Program-made: the position numbers and the translations under genes
Shown: positions 37,792 through 48,689 of the stretch, piece after piece
How the letters are laid out: each line of letters starts with the position of its first letter
Numbering within the stretch: the stretch's first letter is position 1
The notes under the pieces: generated by a model
Seen by the model: the letters and a program-made list of their open reading frames with translations, nothing else
Told to the model about the DNA's origin: nothing
Database searches by the model: none
Assembly (NCBI GenBank): GCA_964016885.1
Contig: OZ024740.1
Span: 73,594,001 to 73,658,000, forward strand
Reading direction: 5' to 3'
DNA: 64,000 bases
Origin: Eledone cirrhosa
Taxonomy: Eukaryota

Positions 37792-37823
37792 CTTCCGCTG
37801 GTTTAATTTTTAAAGCCTTACGC
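37792..37823 (-). CDS. C18orf21: C18orf21/RMP24-like gene, 32-nt micro-exon
   Basis: atttcag|G CGT AAG..GAA G|gtgagt; RKALKIKPAE; phase 2 to 1 fits the next exon. Confidence 0.65.
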
Positions 37824-37907
37824 CTGAAATGGAGCAAAAACACCATATAACGTCTGACACAGTATCCAGATAAACATAAACATGGAGACAAATACATGCA
37901 GACTTAC

Positions 37908-37999
37908 TCACACGCTGGACCAAGGATACTGATAAGCATTGAGCTTGTATAATCTTTACCAGGATATATATTGGTAAACTCCAATATAACTAAACACAT
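37908..37999 (-). CDS. C18orf21: C18orf21/RMP24-like gene, probable first coding exon
   Basis: Open frame MCLVILEFTNIYPGKDYTSSMLISILGPAC, phase-2 donor GA|gtaagt; gives a 225-aa total. The start is uncertain (an acceptor at 37990 is also possible). Confidence 0.45.
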
Positions 38000-38759
38000 A
38001 CATATATACATACATAAACTCGTATAAGCGCTTGAAGATTAGGTCACAATTTTGATCCCTCGTACATTCCGGAGATTAATATTTTATTCCCAGTTGTAGA
38101 AATAAGATTACAAATTGTTCTTAATTCTTTCAGAATGAAAATATAAACACATATAATAAATACAATTAACTATTGCTAAAAACTTTACAAATACAACGAA
38201 CCAAAATATACGATCAAAGCGAGAGAAAGAAAAAAGGGAAACAAAAACGACCATCAATTCACCACCAAGTGCGACAGTCGGTCGTACATCTCAAGGGTCA
38301 ACGGAAATATGGTCAATATTGGGGCTTTAATATTTATAATGTAACATTTGCGTATTTTCAAAGTTTCACAACACAATTAAAGGCATCAATTCTCCCCGAA
38401 ACATACAGTGTGAACAAACTACACGAGCTTAAGAAATGTGTGTAAATAAGAAGAAAAGAAAGTAGCAGGGAGGAATGCTTACATGAAATATCTTGATAGT
38501 TCAGGTGATAAAGAAGAGTAACTATGCGCCAAAGTAGAATATCTTGTAAACTGATCCATATCCAGAGTTTGTGCAACTCACCGACCTTAATATACCATAA
38601 ATGAAAGGTCTAGATATAATAAAGTTAGGACAATGGATATAGATATTGTAATTTATCTAGGGACTCAAAGTACCAGTAATACACTGAGTATTTGCTGGCC
38701 TTGTGCCTAAAGTATAAACAATTATTATGGTTTGAATTTCAACACGGCTTTTCGTGTTG

Positions 38760-38940
38760 TATTTACGCCTTTCAAAAACACGTGTTCATTAGTTACGTTG
38801 AGACAGGAAGTTAGTCGAGGGAGATAACTCTAAACAACCACCATGATTCGAGCCTTACTTTCAGAGTAGCCTCGCCATCATCCGTAGTAATGCTGCGAGC
38901 ATGTTGACTCTTGTGGTGGGTAGCCGATTGTCGTACTTGA
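38760..38940. promoter_or_regulatory. CpG-enriched candidate promoter/first-exon region
   Basis: Local CpG enrichment with E-box CACGTG (~38779) and ETS CAGGAAGT (~38804) upstream of the minus-strand gene. Confidence 0.35.
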
Positions 38941-39189
38941 TAATGGTTTTTTGTTTGTTTTTTCTCTCGGTTTGATCATATAATTTTGTGCATTATATTT
39001 GTGAGGTTCCTAGCAATAATTAATTGCATTTATTATATGTGATTATATTTTTATTCTGTAAGAATTATAAACAATTTGTCATGTTATTTCATTTGTAACT
39101 GAATAATAAAATATTTTAAACTTTTCACAGTGGTCATGAATCTTTGATGATGACCGAAAGAATACGATCGCGAATACAAGTTAAAATGG

Positions 39190-39495
39190 GGGTAGCGTGC
39201 GTGGCTTAGATATCAGGACGTCACTCCATGTAGAGTCGCTACTTCTCCGAATTAAGAGATCACAGCTCCGATACTACAAACATGGTTAGAATGTCTCGGG
39301 AAATAATCGCTGGACAGATTTTACGTGCAAAACCAACTGATAAGAGACCTAAGAGTAGACTCACAAACAGGACTGTTGGATAACATCCATAAGTTCGATT
39401 GATCTGGCTTGGGGATACAGCCGGATCGATTGGTGACAGCTGTTTATGATTGGACCCGCTAGGAAGACTCTGCCTTAATAAGTGGGCGAAGAAGA
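39190..39495 (+). mobile_element. Decayed RTE 3' fragment
   Basis: Homologous to 51470-51750 (GTAGAGTCGCTAC..GGTTAGAATGTCTCGGGAAA..GGATAACATCCAT). Confidence 0.6.
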
Positions 39496-40067
39496 ATAAC
39501 AAGTTTTATTTAACTTTGTCCTTTACGGAAAGTAATACACATGTAAGGGACTTACAGCTATATAACACCGTCTATCGGTAAGACTGAACAGTTTCGATAG
39601 TAAAGTATCTTGAGATGTAATCCGCCACCTGTGAGTATTTTTACGGGTCAATCTACACTTAATTTTGGTAAATTTATAGAACACCCAATTCGCTTTCAAT
39701 GGGGGAAAATGTGTTACACCTCGCGTAGACAGTGTATAATGTTTATATAGCAGCAACTCCACCTCATGTCTGGACAGTTTATAATGTTTATATAGCAGTA
39801 ATACCCCATCATGTCTGGAGAGTCTATGATGTTTATATAGATAGCAGCAACAACACCTCACGTGTGCATAGATTTTTATGTGCATCACTGTTGCCTTTAT
39901 GTGTAGAAGGCACAGTTGATGAAACTACCTGCATCAGTTGTTAGCTGCGGAGACACTGCATCCTTTAAAACGATGTTTCCTAGTATTCCCCCTCCATACA
40001 CACACGCGCGCGTATGTGTGTATATTATGACTAACACACTGTTCACTTTCCTGACATTTGTACATTA

Positions 40068-40700
40068 GGGGGTGGATTGGCAGTATAGGTAGAGAGTCGG
40101 ACGCCATGCTTTACACATAGTTACGTCCCTTTACGATCAGTTAACTTTGCTTTTCATCCTTACGGGGTCGATAAAATAAAGTACCAGTAATGTTCTGGGT
40201 AATACTGGCCTTGTGCCAAATGTAGAAACAATTATTCTAAGGGTAATTGCTGGCCTTGTGCCAAAAGTAGAAACAATTATTCTAAGGGTGGCGGATTGGC
40301 AGTATCGGTAGAGGGCCGGACTCCATGCTTTGCAGCAAAGAGTTACGGCCCTTTATGGTCTGAGTTCAAATCCCGCCGAGGTTAACTTTCATCCTTACGG
40401 GGTCGATAAAATAAAGTATCAGTAATGTGCTGGGTAATTGCTGGCCTTGTGCCAAAAGTAGAAACAAATATTATAATATATGTTTAGATACATTGTATTT
40501 TTATCAATACACTGATTACAACTGAATACCTTTCATTATAGGCTTGATGAGGGCTGTGGAATCCCGCCACGGGTAGCTTTGCCTTTCATCCTTATGAGGT
40601 CGATAAAATAAGCACCAGTAACGCACTGGTGTCGATTTAATCGACTTTCTCCTGTCCCAAATATTGTTGACCTTGTACCTAGATCAGAAACCATTATAGG
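40068..40700 (+). mobile_element. Cluster of tandem/nested major-family SINE copies
   Basis: Three to four repeats of the TCATCCTTACGGGGTCGATAAAATAAAGTA core and the GGCCTTGTGCCAAAAGTAGAAACA tail. Confidence 0.85.
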
Positions 40701-42114
40701 CCTGATGAATCATAGCTGATTTGGTCTAATAAATCATCAATATTCCCATCATCACCATTATATCATACACTCATAACTCTACGACTATGAACCAGTGGGA
40801 AATTCTACATGGTCTCTTGAACTAGAGCCAAATTATATCAAATGAACCTGTCATATTCAAAGGAAAAAATACATTCAATAATGTAGTTCTAGATACATTA
40901 TGTAGGCAGTGAATTGGTAGAGTTGTTAGCATTGAATAGGTGTATGGCTTAGTGGTTAAAGTGTTGTTTGCAATCATGAGGTTATCTCTCGGACCAGATG
41001 ATGCATTGTGTCCTTGAGCTAGAGACTTTATTTTACATTGCTCCAGTTCTCTCAGCTGTAGAAATGAGTTGTGACATCACTGGTGCTGATTTGTATCGGC
41101 TTTTGCCTTTCACTTGGACAACATTGGGAGCGTGAAGAGGAGAGACAGGTATGCATGAGCGACTACTGGTCTTCTATAAACAACCTTGCCGAACTTGTGC
41201 CATGGAAGGGAATTTTCTAGCCACAGATCCTATGGTCATTCGTGACTGAAGGGGGTTTTACCCTAGCATTGGATAAAACATGACTTGCAATGTGTTTCAT
41301 CTCACTGTGCTCTGAGTTCAAATCCTGCAGTGGTCAACTTTACCGTCCATCTTTCAAGGTAAATAAAGTACCAGTCCAAAACTGGGATTGGTTCTTTCTC
41401 TTTCTTTCTCTAGAAGAAATTAGCTGTATTCTGACCTGGTGATGGATGGGCTCTGCCAGATATAAAATGGCCAACACGTTGTGTCTGGACAGTGTTCTTA
41501 CAACCCCATAAGGGGAATTTACTTTACTAGATGCATTATGTTTAAATAAAAGATGGGATGGTCACTTTTAAAATATATTTGTTTATAGACTTGTTGGATC
41601 ATAGATTGAGGGGGGGGGGGGGTTAAAAAACAACAACAACAAAAATCCAATATTGTTATGTACTGAGTTAGTTCTTTCCAATAATTTTTAATTTGAAGAA
41701 AAGAAAGACATATACAGAATACAAAGAACAAAAATTAGGTGATAGGAAGGTCATACCGCCATAGAAAGTTCGCCAAACAAATAGATGGGATGACCCATCA
41801 GTTGTGTCAAGGATATGACAACCTCCCTGGTGCTAATGATCTAAGGATAAAAGGACTCTGTATAAGCTGCAAAGTGGTTGGTGTTAGGAAGGGCATCCAG
41901 TTGTAGAAAGCTTGCCAAACAAGGGGTTGGGAGAACCCTTCAGTTGAGTCAAAAGACATGACAACCCCTCCAGTGTACTTGATAGAACAAATGGCCATAC
42001 ATAAGAAAGATGTAGACCCTGCCTCCAGCCTATCTGGGAAGTCAGTAGCCCCGTTTCAGCACTGATTTGGTCTATGTAGACCCATCCAACCCTTCCTAGC
42101 AGGGAAAGCGGACA

Positions 42115-42803
42115 TTAATATACGTGAACGGCAAAGCATAAATGAACTAAGTGAAAAATTAGGAATAAGAGGGATCAGATGCTGTTTACTCGAGAGAAGA
42201 CTACGTTGGTATGGTCACGTGATGCGCATGAAAGACGACAGCTGTATAAAAAAGTGCAGGGCGATCAAAATAGACGATAGCCACGGAATAGGCAGACCCA
42301 GAAAAACTTGGGATGACTTGATAAATTCCGACCTCACACACTTACACCGCTCCAAGACAATGTCACTGGACCGAGATCTTTGGCGCTACGCAGTAATACA
42401 GAAGACCCGCCTTGCCTAAGTGCAAAGCAAAACCTACAGTCAGTAGGCACCTCTTAACAAAAATACACCCCCGTCCCACTACTCCTACCCCCATTTACAC
42501 CACCCCTTTCGATGTAAAGTTATGTTGGTACAACAACATCCAGTCCGAAATAAATGAGGTCGTGTAGGTGTCACGACAAAAAACACACACAGTCCACGCT
42601 GTAATGTGGCCGTGTAGGTAACATGGTAAAAACCTCCCAGTCCACACTGTAAACGTGGTTGGTGTTAGGAAGGGCATCCAGCCATAGAAAACCCGCCAGA
42701 CAGCCCTATACGAGCAAGACAACCAATCTTGCCTCAAGTGGGAAAATTTCCGTCCAAACCCATGCTAGCGTGGAAGATGGACGTTAAATGATGATAATGA
42801 TGA
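42115..42803 (+). mobile_element. 5'-truncated copy of the intact RTE family
   Basis: High identity to 31811-32500 (RRLRWYGHV, GRPRKTW, 3' UTR). Confidence 0.9.
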
Positions 42804-42821
42804 TATATATATATATATATA

Positions 42822-45600
42822 GTGTCTCAATATCCAGTTCCTCAAACAGCCACCTGATCTCCTCAGTGTTCTGGGCTGTGGAGGGCGGCTCTCCTAGTAG
42901 GGTCCTAAAATGGTCCAGTCATTTCCCCTTCCTATCCTCGGGCCCTGTTCCCTGGATCTGATTTGAACACCTTCTCTTCCTCCCTGTGATCTTGTTGATG
43001 ATCATCCAGCTCTCCTTACATCCAGACCTGCCAACTGCTCTCTCCACACTTCTGATCTTCGCTATCAGTGCCTGCTCTCTGGTCTCAGTGTAAGCAGTAC
43101 AGAGTTATTCCCTCATCACCTCCACATTCTCCTTCCTCTCCTCCGTAGGATCAGCATTGAATTGGTCCTTGGCAGCTTTCAGGTGTCCTTTGGCTGCACA
43201 CACTTTTGGGTCTGCAGAGCTGACGTGCTTACTTTTGTTCTTTCTCCACGGCATCAGGCTCTCACTTGCTTCCGCCACTGCATTGGTGAAGTACCCGTAC
43301 CTATCTCGTCTCACTCTCCTCAGTCCCTCCAATCTCTCTCTTCTCTGTCTCTCCACACAGAACACTGAACCTGTTCCTCACTTCTACTGTGAACCTCTCC
43401 TGTAGCTTATCATCTTCCTTGAAAGCTCCCCAGTCATAGATTGCTCTCTGGGGCTGAGCCTTGCTCTTTCTTAAGCTCACCTGGACCTCACTCATAACAA
43501 GCCGGTGGTCACTGCCCAGTGTACTGAAATAGTTGTATGGTTCTGTGTTCAGAACACTATTCCGCCACTTTTTCCTCACCAGAATGAAATCAATCTAGGA
43601 CTTGAACAGGTGCATATCTGAGATGTAGGTCCACATCTTCTCCGGATTCTTCATAAACCTTAGGTTGGTCGCTATCAAGTTCGCCTCCAGCAGGGTGTCT
43701 CTCAGTAGTCTTCCATTTCGGTTGGTGTTGTTATGGAAGTACCGGCAAGGATCTTCACTGCTCTCCTTACTCAGATGTGCATTGAAGTCCCCCAGAACAA
43801 GCAGGATGTTGTGAGCTTGTGTGGTGTTGACAGCTCTACACACCTCCTCATGGAACTCTTCCACACTCACATCACTGTCTCTCTCGGTTGGACTATAGGC
43901 TGAGATTACTGTCAGTCTTGGGTTTCCATTGAAGGTCACCCTCAACACTTGCGGGGAGACAGGTATTATTTCCCTCACCAATATATTGGTTTTTGTGCTG
44001 AAAACAAAACCCACTCCTCCTAATGCAGCATTGGTCATGTTCTTCACTGCTGATGTGGTAATGAGCTGGCTCCTCTTTCCAATCATCACACTCCTCACGG
44101 GCTCATCATGTAGGATCCTGTGTTCTTGGATTGCAAGTATCTGCATACCACTCTCCTCAAACAGTTAACCCAACTCCTCTCTCTTCTCCAGCATCCAAAT
44201 AGTCCTCACATTCAAAGTGCCCATTTTGATGGCTCTTCTGCAGGACAAACCTGCATTCTTTATATTTGTCTCAGAGACAACTGATCCATCATCCACTGGC
44301 CCTCTCTGTGGCTCTAACCCAGCAGAATCATAATAACCAGACTGCTCCTTAACAGTGTAGTTAAGGGCTCTAACCCTAGTGCTGTTAAATACACTCTCCA
44401 TGTTCTTTTCAATGGCTGACAATACCTTACTGGCGCCACTCGAATAAGGTAATTATATCCTGATGCTGAGGAGGATATTAGAGGGAGCTAGAACAAAGTG
44501 CCTTCCTGCGGTCATGGTTTTCATTGACTTTAGGAAGGCCTTTGATTCTGTGGACCGTCACTGCCTGATGAAGATCTTACAGGCTTATGGAATCCCCAAG
44601 AAGCTAGTGGACCTGATATCACTGCTCTACACCAACACCAAAGCCTAAGTCATTACACCTGATGGATGATAGTTCTTTGAGATACTGGCTGGAGTGCTCT
44701 AGGGAGATACATTGGCTCCCTACCTTTTTATCATCGTAGTGGACTATTGTATGCACCTTGCGCTGGAGAAACACCAGGACTCTGGCTTTACTGTAACACC
44801 GGCTCAGAGCAGGAGAGTTAAGGCAAAAAAGATATTGGATGCTGAATTTGACGACATAGTTTTGGTGACAAACACAGTGAAGGAGGCAGAAGATTTGATG
44901 CAGGAGGTGGAGACTGTCGATGAGTGTGGGGTTGAGAATGAATGAGATTAAAACAAAATATCAGGTAGAGAATATTAAGAAGCCAGAGAAGATTACTAAT
45001 GTAGGCGAGAAGCCGCTAGAATTGGTTTAGGACTTCCTGTATTTGGGAGCAAAGATTGTAAATACAGAAGATGAGGAGGTCAAGAGGAAGAGCAAAGACT
45101 GGGCGGCGTGCCACAGCTTGAGATCGGTGTGGAAGTCGGACCTTCGTAAAGACCTGAAGATCCGCTTCTTCGTTGCTGTAGTGGAGTTTGTGCTGCTGTA
45201 CGGGTCTGAGACTTGGACACTGACCAAGAAACTCACTCAGATGGTGGATGGGTGCTACACGAGAATGCTGAAGATGGCTCTGAACATTAATCAGTATACA
45301 CTGAGGATGAAGAACTCAGAGCTGTACGGGAGCCTCCCAAAATCAGCTCAAAAGTGACACAGAGGAGACTGAGGTAGCTGGACATGCTCACCAACATCCA
45401 AAGTTGACACTGCACTCAGTGTACTTGTGGGATCCCCTGCATGGACACACTGGAAGAGGAAGACCGAAGTTAACACATGTTGATGCCCTAAGGACAGACA
45501 CTGCTCTGTTGGAGACACAGGACATGGCAGTGATAATGAGGGACAGAGACCGCTGGAGAGAACTTGTCCATGGATCTCGGGAATTTTACCCACCCTAGAT
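42822..45600. mobile_element. RTE-like LINE with inverted 5' half
   Basis: Minus strand 42822-44430 encodes APE (GTLNVRT, AIQEHR, LGDFNAH, SDHRLV). Plus strand 44440-45600 encodes the RT C-terminal half (FIDFRKAFDSV, GDTLAPYLF, LLYGSETW, GRGRPK). Confidence 0.8.
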
Positions 45601-45879
45601 AGATATATATACTGTATTTTTTTGTTGAATTGCCAGTCTGAGGAGCAGATTGATAATGGAGTTGGGTCCGTAACTTCTATGGGTGGCCATGAGCCAATCC
45701 TCTGCAAAATGCACATAGCAGGTTCATAATTGTTCTTAATATATACACTCTGCCTGTGCATTGAGTGCTTGTTTTGGTACCACCACCAGTAATTCACTGA
45801 CTCATTTGCACTATAAGTAACTTTCTTTCAAGATCAGAGCAAATAATAGTTTATGTAATCTCACTAGCTTTGATTCAAC

Positions 45880-46305
45880 AATATTCCCACATCTCTTTTC
45901 CAGACACTTAGCATAGACTTTACCAAGGAAGCTTGACAAGGAGATCCCTCTATTATTGGAACAATCTCTCTTCTCCCTTTTTGAAAATTTGGATTATCAC
46001 TCCTGATTGCCATTGCTTAGGTGCCTTTCCAGTAATCCAGGCCACCTGACACAGACAAGTCAGCCAGAGAAAACCTCTATTTAAGGCTTTTAACATCTTG
46101 GGCTGAATTTCATCTACCGCAGCAACCTTGCTAAATTTGAGCTCTTTAATTGCTCTTGAGACCTCGAGATTAGTCATCGGACCCAGATGCACTTTGTGTA
46201 ATCAGAAAATGCTGTTGTGATTGGGTTTAGGAAATGAGCAAAGTATTCTTTCCACCTCATGAGGACATTCCTCTTTGAAGACAGAAGAACCCTAGAGGCG
46301 TTCTT
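45880..46305 (-). mobile_element. RTE fragment (linker/RT N-terminus)
   Basis: RWKEYF..LEVSRAIKELKFSKVAAVDEIQPKMLKAL..PKQWQSGVII.IFKKG. Confidence 0.75.
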
Positions 46306-46919
46306 GTGTATATATATATATGCATAGGTATATATATATACCAGATAGAAAAATGCGTACAGCAAAAAAAAGTAATATTGTTGGAATATAAACCTTTAAA
46401 AATACAGGACAAGAAACTAAAATAAAACTTTAAAAGAATAGGACAAGAAACTAAGATAAAACTTTAAAGAATTGGACAAGAAATAAAAAATTTTGATAAG
46501 AATGAAAATAAGAATTATGATATTAACTTTTATTTAAAATCCCAAAAAATGCTGTGCATGAAAACTTCAAAAAGTAATTCTATTTCTATTGATGACCTCT
46601 TAGTTGCTCATACTAATTTTGTAAAAGATTTCAAGCCAATAATCAGAATGATCTGGTATAATTTTTATGCAGATTAATGACTAATTAGTATAAAGGGCCA
46701 TCCAGATATCATGTGGACACCGCGAACCAAAAATGGTCACATGATATCTGGATGGCTCCTAAGCATCCCCTCCACATGGCGGGGACATGGGTCATCATCG
46801 TGGAGCACTCACCTATTTTAAAAATATTAGACTATGATAAATGAATTTAGTTAAAAATACAATTTGAAATATATTAGATAATAGAGAGAGACTCGTAATT
46901 ACCTCCCCTTGTAATTACC

Positions 46920-47267
46920 TCAGGTGGCAAAAACATTGGCAAAAATTTGTGTCAATTTAAGATTTCCAACATTGTTCAAATGAATCCTATCTGGTTTGAA
47001 GTCAGATTTGTCAAATTTTGACCAATTTTCAATGTTGTGAAGATTGGGCAAGTTCAATTTTTGAATCATTTCTTTCATGCAGTAATTAAACTTTTCCAAA
47101 CGAGAATATCTCTTGCGCAAGTCATTTTTATTTTCAATTACACTTTGTTGACGTGGAATGACACCACTGTAGAAAATGGGTGTACAGTGGTGCTTTTCCG
47201 CTATTTTCTGTAGCCTTGCAAAGAAACTCTTCCCCTGTTTTTCCGGTTTTGTGCCTCGAATGGGCAC
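46920..47267 (-). CDS. SGNH/GDSL-hydrolase-like C-terminal domain
   Basis: PIFYSGVIPR..RLEKFNYCMKEM..ENWSKF..FKPDRIHLNNVGNLKL (block V DxxH). N-terminal blocks are not seen. Confidence 0.6.
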   Translation of the reverse strand: MPIRGTKPEKQGKSFFARLQKIAEKHHCTPIFYSGVIPRQQSVIENKNDLRKRYSRLEKFNYCMKEMIQKLNLPNLHNIENWSKFDKSDFKPDRIHLNNVGNLKLTQIFANVFAT

Positions 47268-47765
47268 TTTGTCCTTAATTTAGAAATAAATGATTAATAA
47301 AAAATACTTGGGCAAAAATTATTGTATTACTTTGCACAGCTTTGTAGTGCCAACGGTGCGACGAGGATTCAGATCATTAGAGCATGTAACTAATCTTATA
47401 GAAGTTGTTATCGACCACCTGGCTTTTAGTGACATTTGACTGATTTGGCAGACAACAGATACATTGGATAGACCTACTGCATACTTCGGCACTATCCTCT
47501 GACACTGTAGCTTGACAAATGTAACAAATTTCCTGTAGTACTACATATAAATGAAAAATTTCTCATGTTACAAAACAACAGTTACATTGTACAGACCTAC
47601 TGCATACGTCGGCACTGTCCTCTGACACAGTTGCTTGACAAATGAAACAAATTTTTCATATAGTAGTACAGATTTTTATACTCTATATTATTTTAATGTC
47701 TAATAGAGTTCACTTGGATGTGTAGGACAGAGCATTCTGGAGTGATATTGGGCCTATAGTTTTTT

Positions 47766-48689
47766 TTAAAAAAGTAAAACAATATTTGGCAATTTAGGTG
47801 GAAATTTTGGGTGCCTTTTGGTTATGCACGTGTCACTAATTTCATCCCATTTGTCACCATCTTTGTGAATTAAACAAGTGTAATGACCTCCTGATGTGGA
47901 ACCTAATGTGTGAACAATTGCTGATTGAAGTTGGAAATTGGTATCAAAAAACTGCTGGCGTTTTGAACTGAAATTCAATAAATCACAATGTATTTGAGTT
48001 TCTTGACCACTGGTTATGAGGAATCGGTTGATTGATACTACAAGGTAGTGCATTGTGGGTGGGAAATCTCTCCTGATGGTTGTTTTGTGCTCTGTATTGG
48101 TGGTGCAGGTGTCACATTGTTTTATTATGGTGTCATTTGATACAAGTAAAGTACGAAACTGTTGAGGGCCTTGAATAGGATGCAATGTCAAGTCTGATTT
48201 AATTTCTGGTGTTTTGTGAGTTTCGAGTCCACATCCAGGTCTATGTGTGCAAGTACAAATTTGATCATTCAAACGTGGGCATTCATTTTCATGACTTTTA
48301 GTGCATCTTAGTGTTTCATTCACTTGAAATTGGAATATTTGCTGTGCATTTGGTGGAAAATGTGGGTAGATATTTTTCCAAAAATCATGGGCACATTGCT
48401 GAGCACCATCCTTAAATCTCCCTCCAATTAATCTTCGCAGAATTGAAACATCCCGATCCCCTGGTGTGACAATATTTGCTATTTCCTGAACAACTGGACT
48501 GAGTAATTTGGTAGACAACAAAGTTTCCCAAAGTTTGGGCAATTGGGCAATAGCTTGAAGTGTGGAATTGGCAAAACAGGCATTTTCCTTATTTTGTAGT
48601 CTAATCATGGGAGTGAGCATGGAAATTGTAGCTAATTTAGGTTTTTTGGTAGGAGGAGCATATTCAGAAAGGTTGTCCACATTCAACAT
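47766..48689 (-). CDS. Ubiquitin-specific protease (peptidase C19) domain, uninterrupted 307 aa
   Basis: Cys box LQNKENACFANSTLQ, QQCAHDF, LVVSINRF, His box LQSAIVHTLGSTSGGHYTCLI..WDEISD. Confidence 0.85.
   Translation of the reverse strand: MLNVDNLSEYAPPTKKPKLATISMLTPMIRLQNKENACFANSTLQAIAQLPKLWETLLSTKLLSPVVQEIANIVTPGDRDVSILRRLIGGRFKDGAQQCAHDFWKNIYPHFPPNAQQIFQFQVNETLRCTKSHENECPRLNDQICTCTHRPGCGLETHKTPEIKSDLTLHPIQGPQQFRTLLVSNDTIIKQCDTCTTNTEHKTTIRRDFPPTMHYLVVSINRFLITSGQETQIHCDLLNFSSKRQQFFDTNFQLQSAIVHTLGSTSGGHYTCLIHKDGDKWDEISDTCITKRHPKFPPKLPNIVLLF

Noticed and set aside
38760-38950. Possible RNase MRP/U3 RNA gene near the C18orf21-like gene
   Set aside because: The conserved GARAG/P4 or U3 box motifs were not found.
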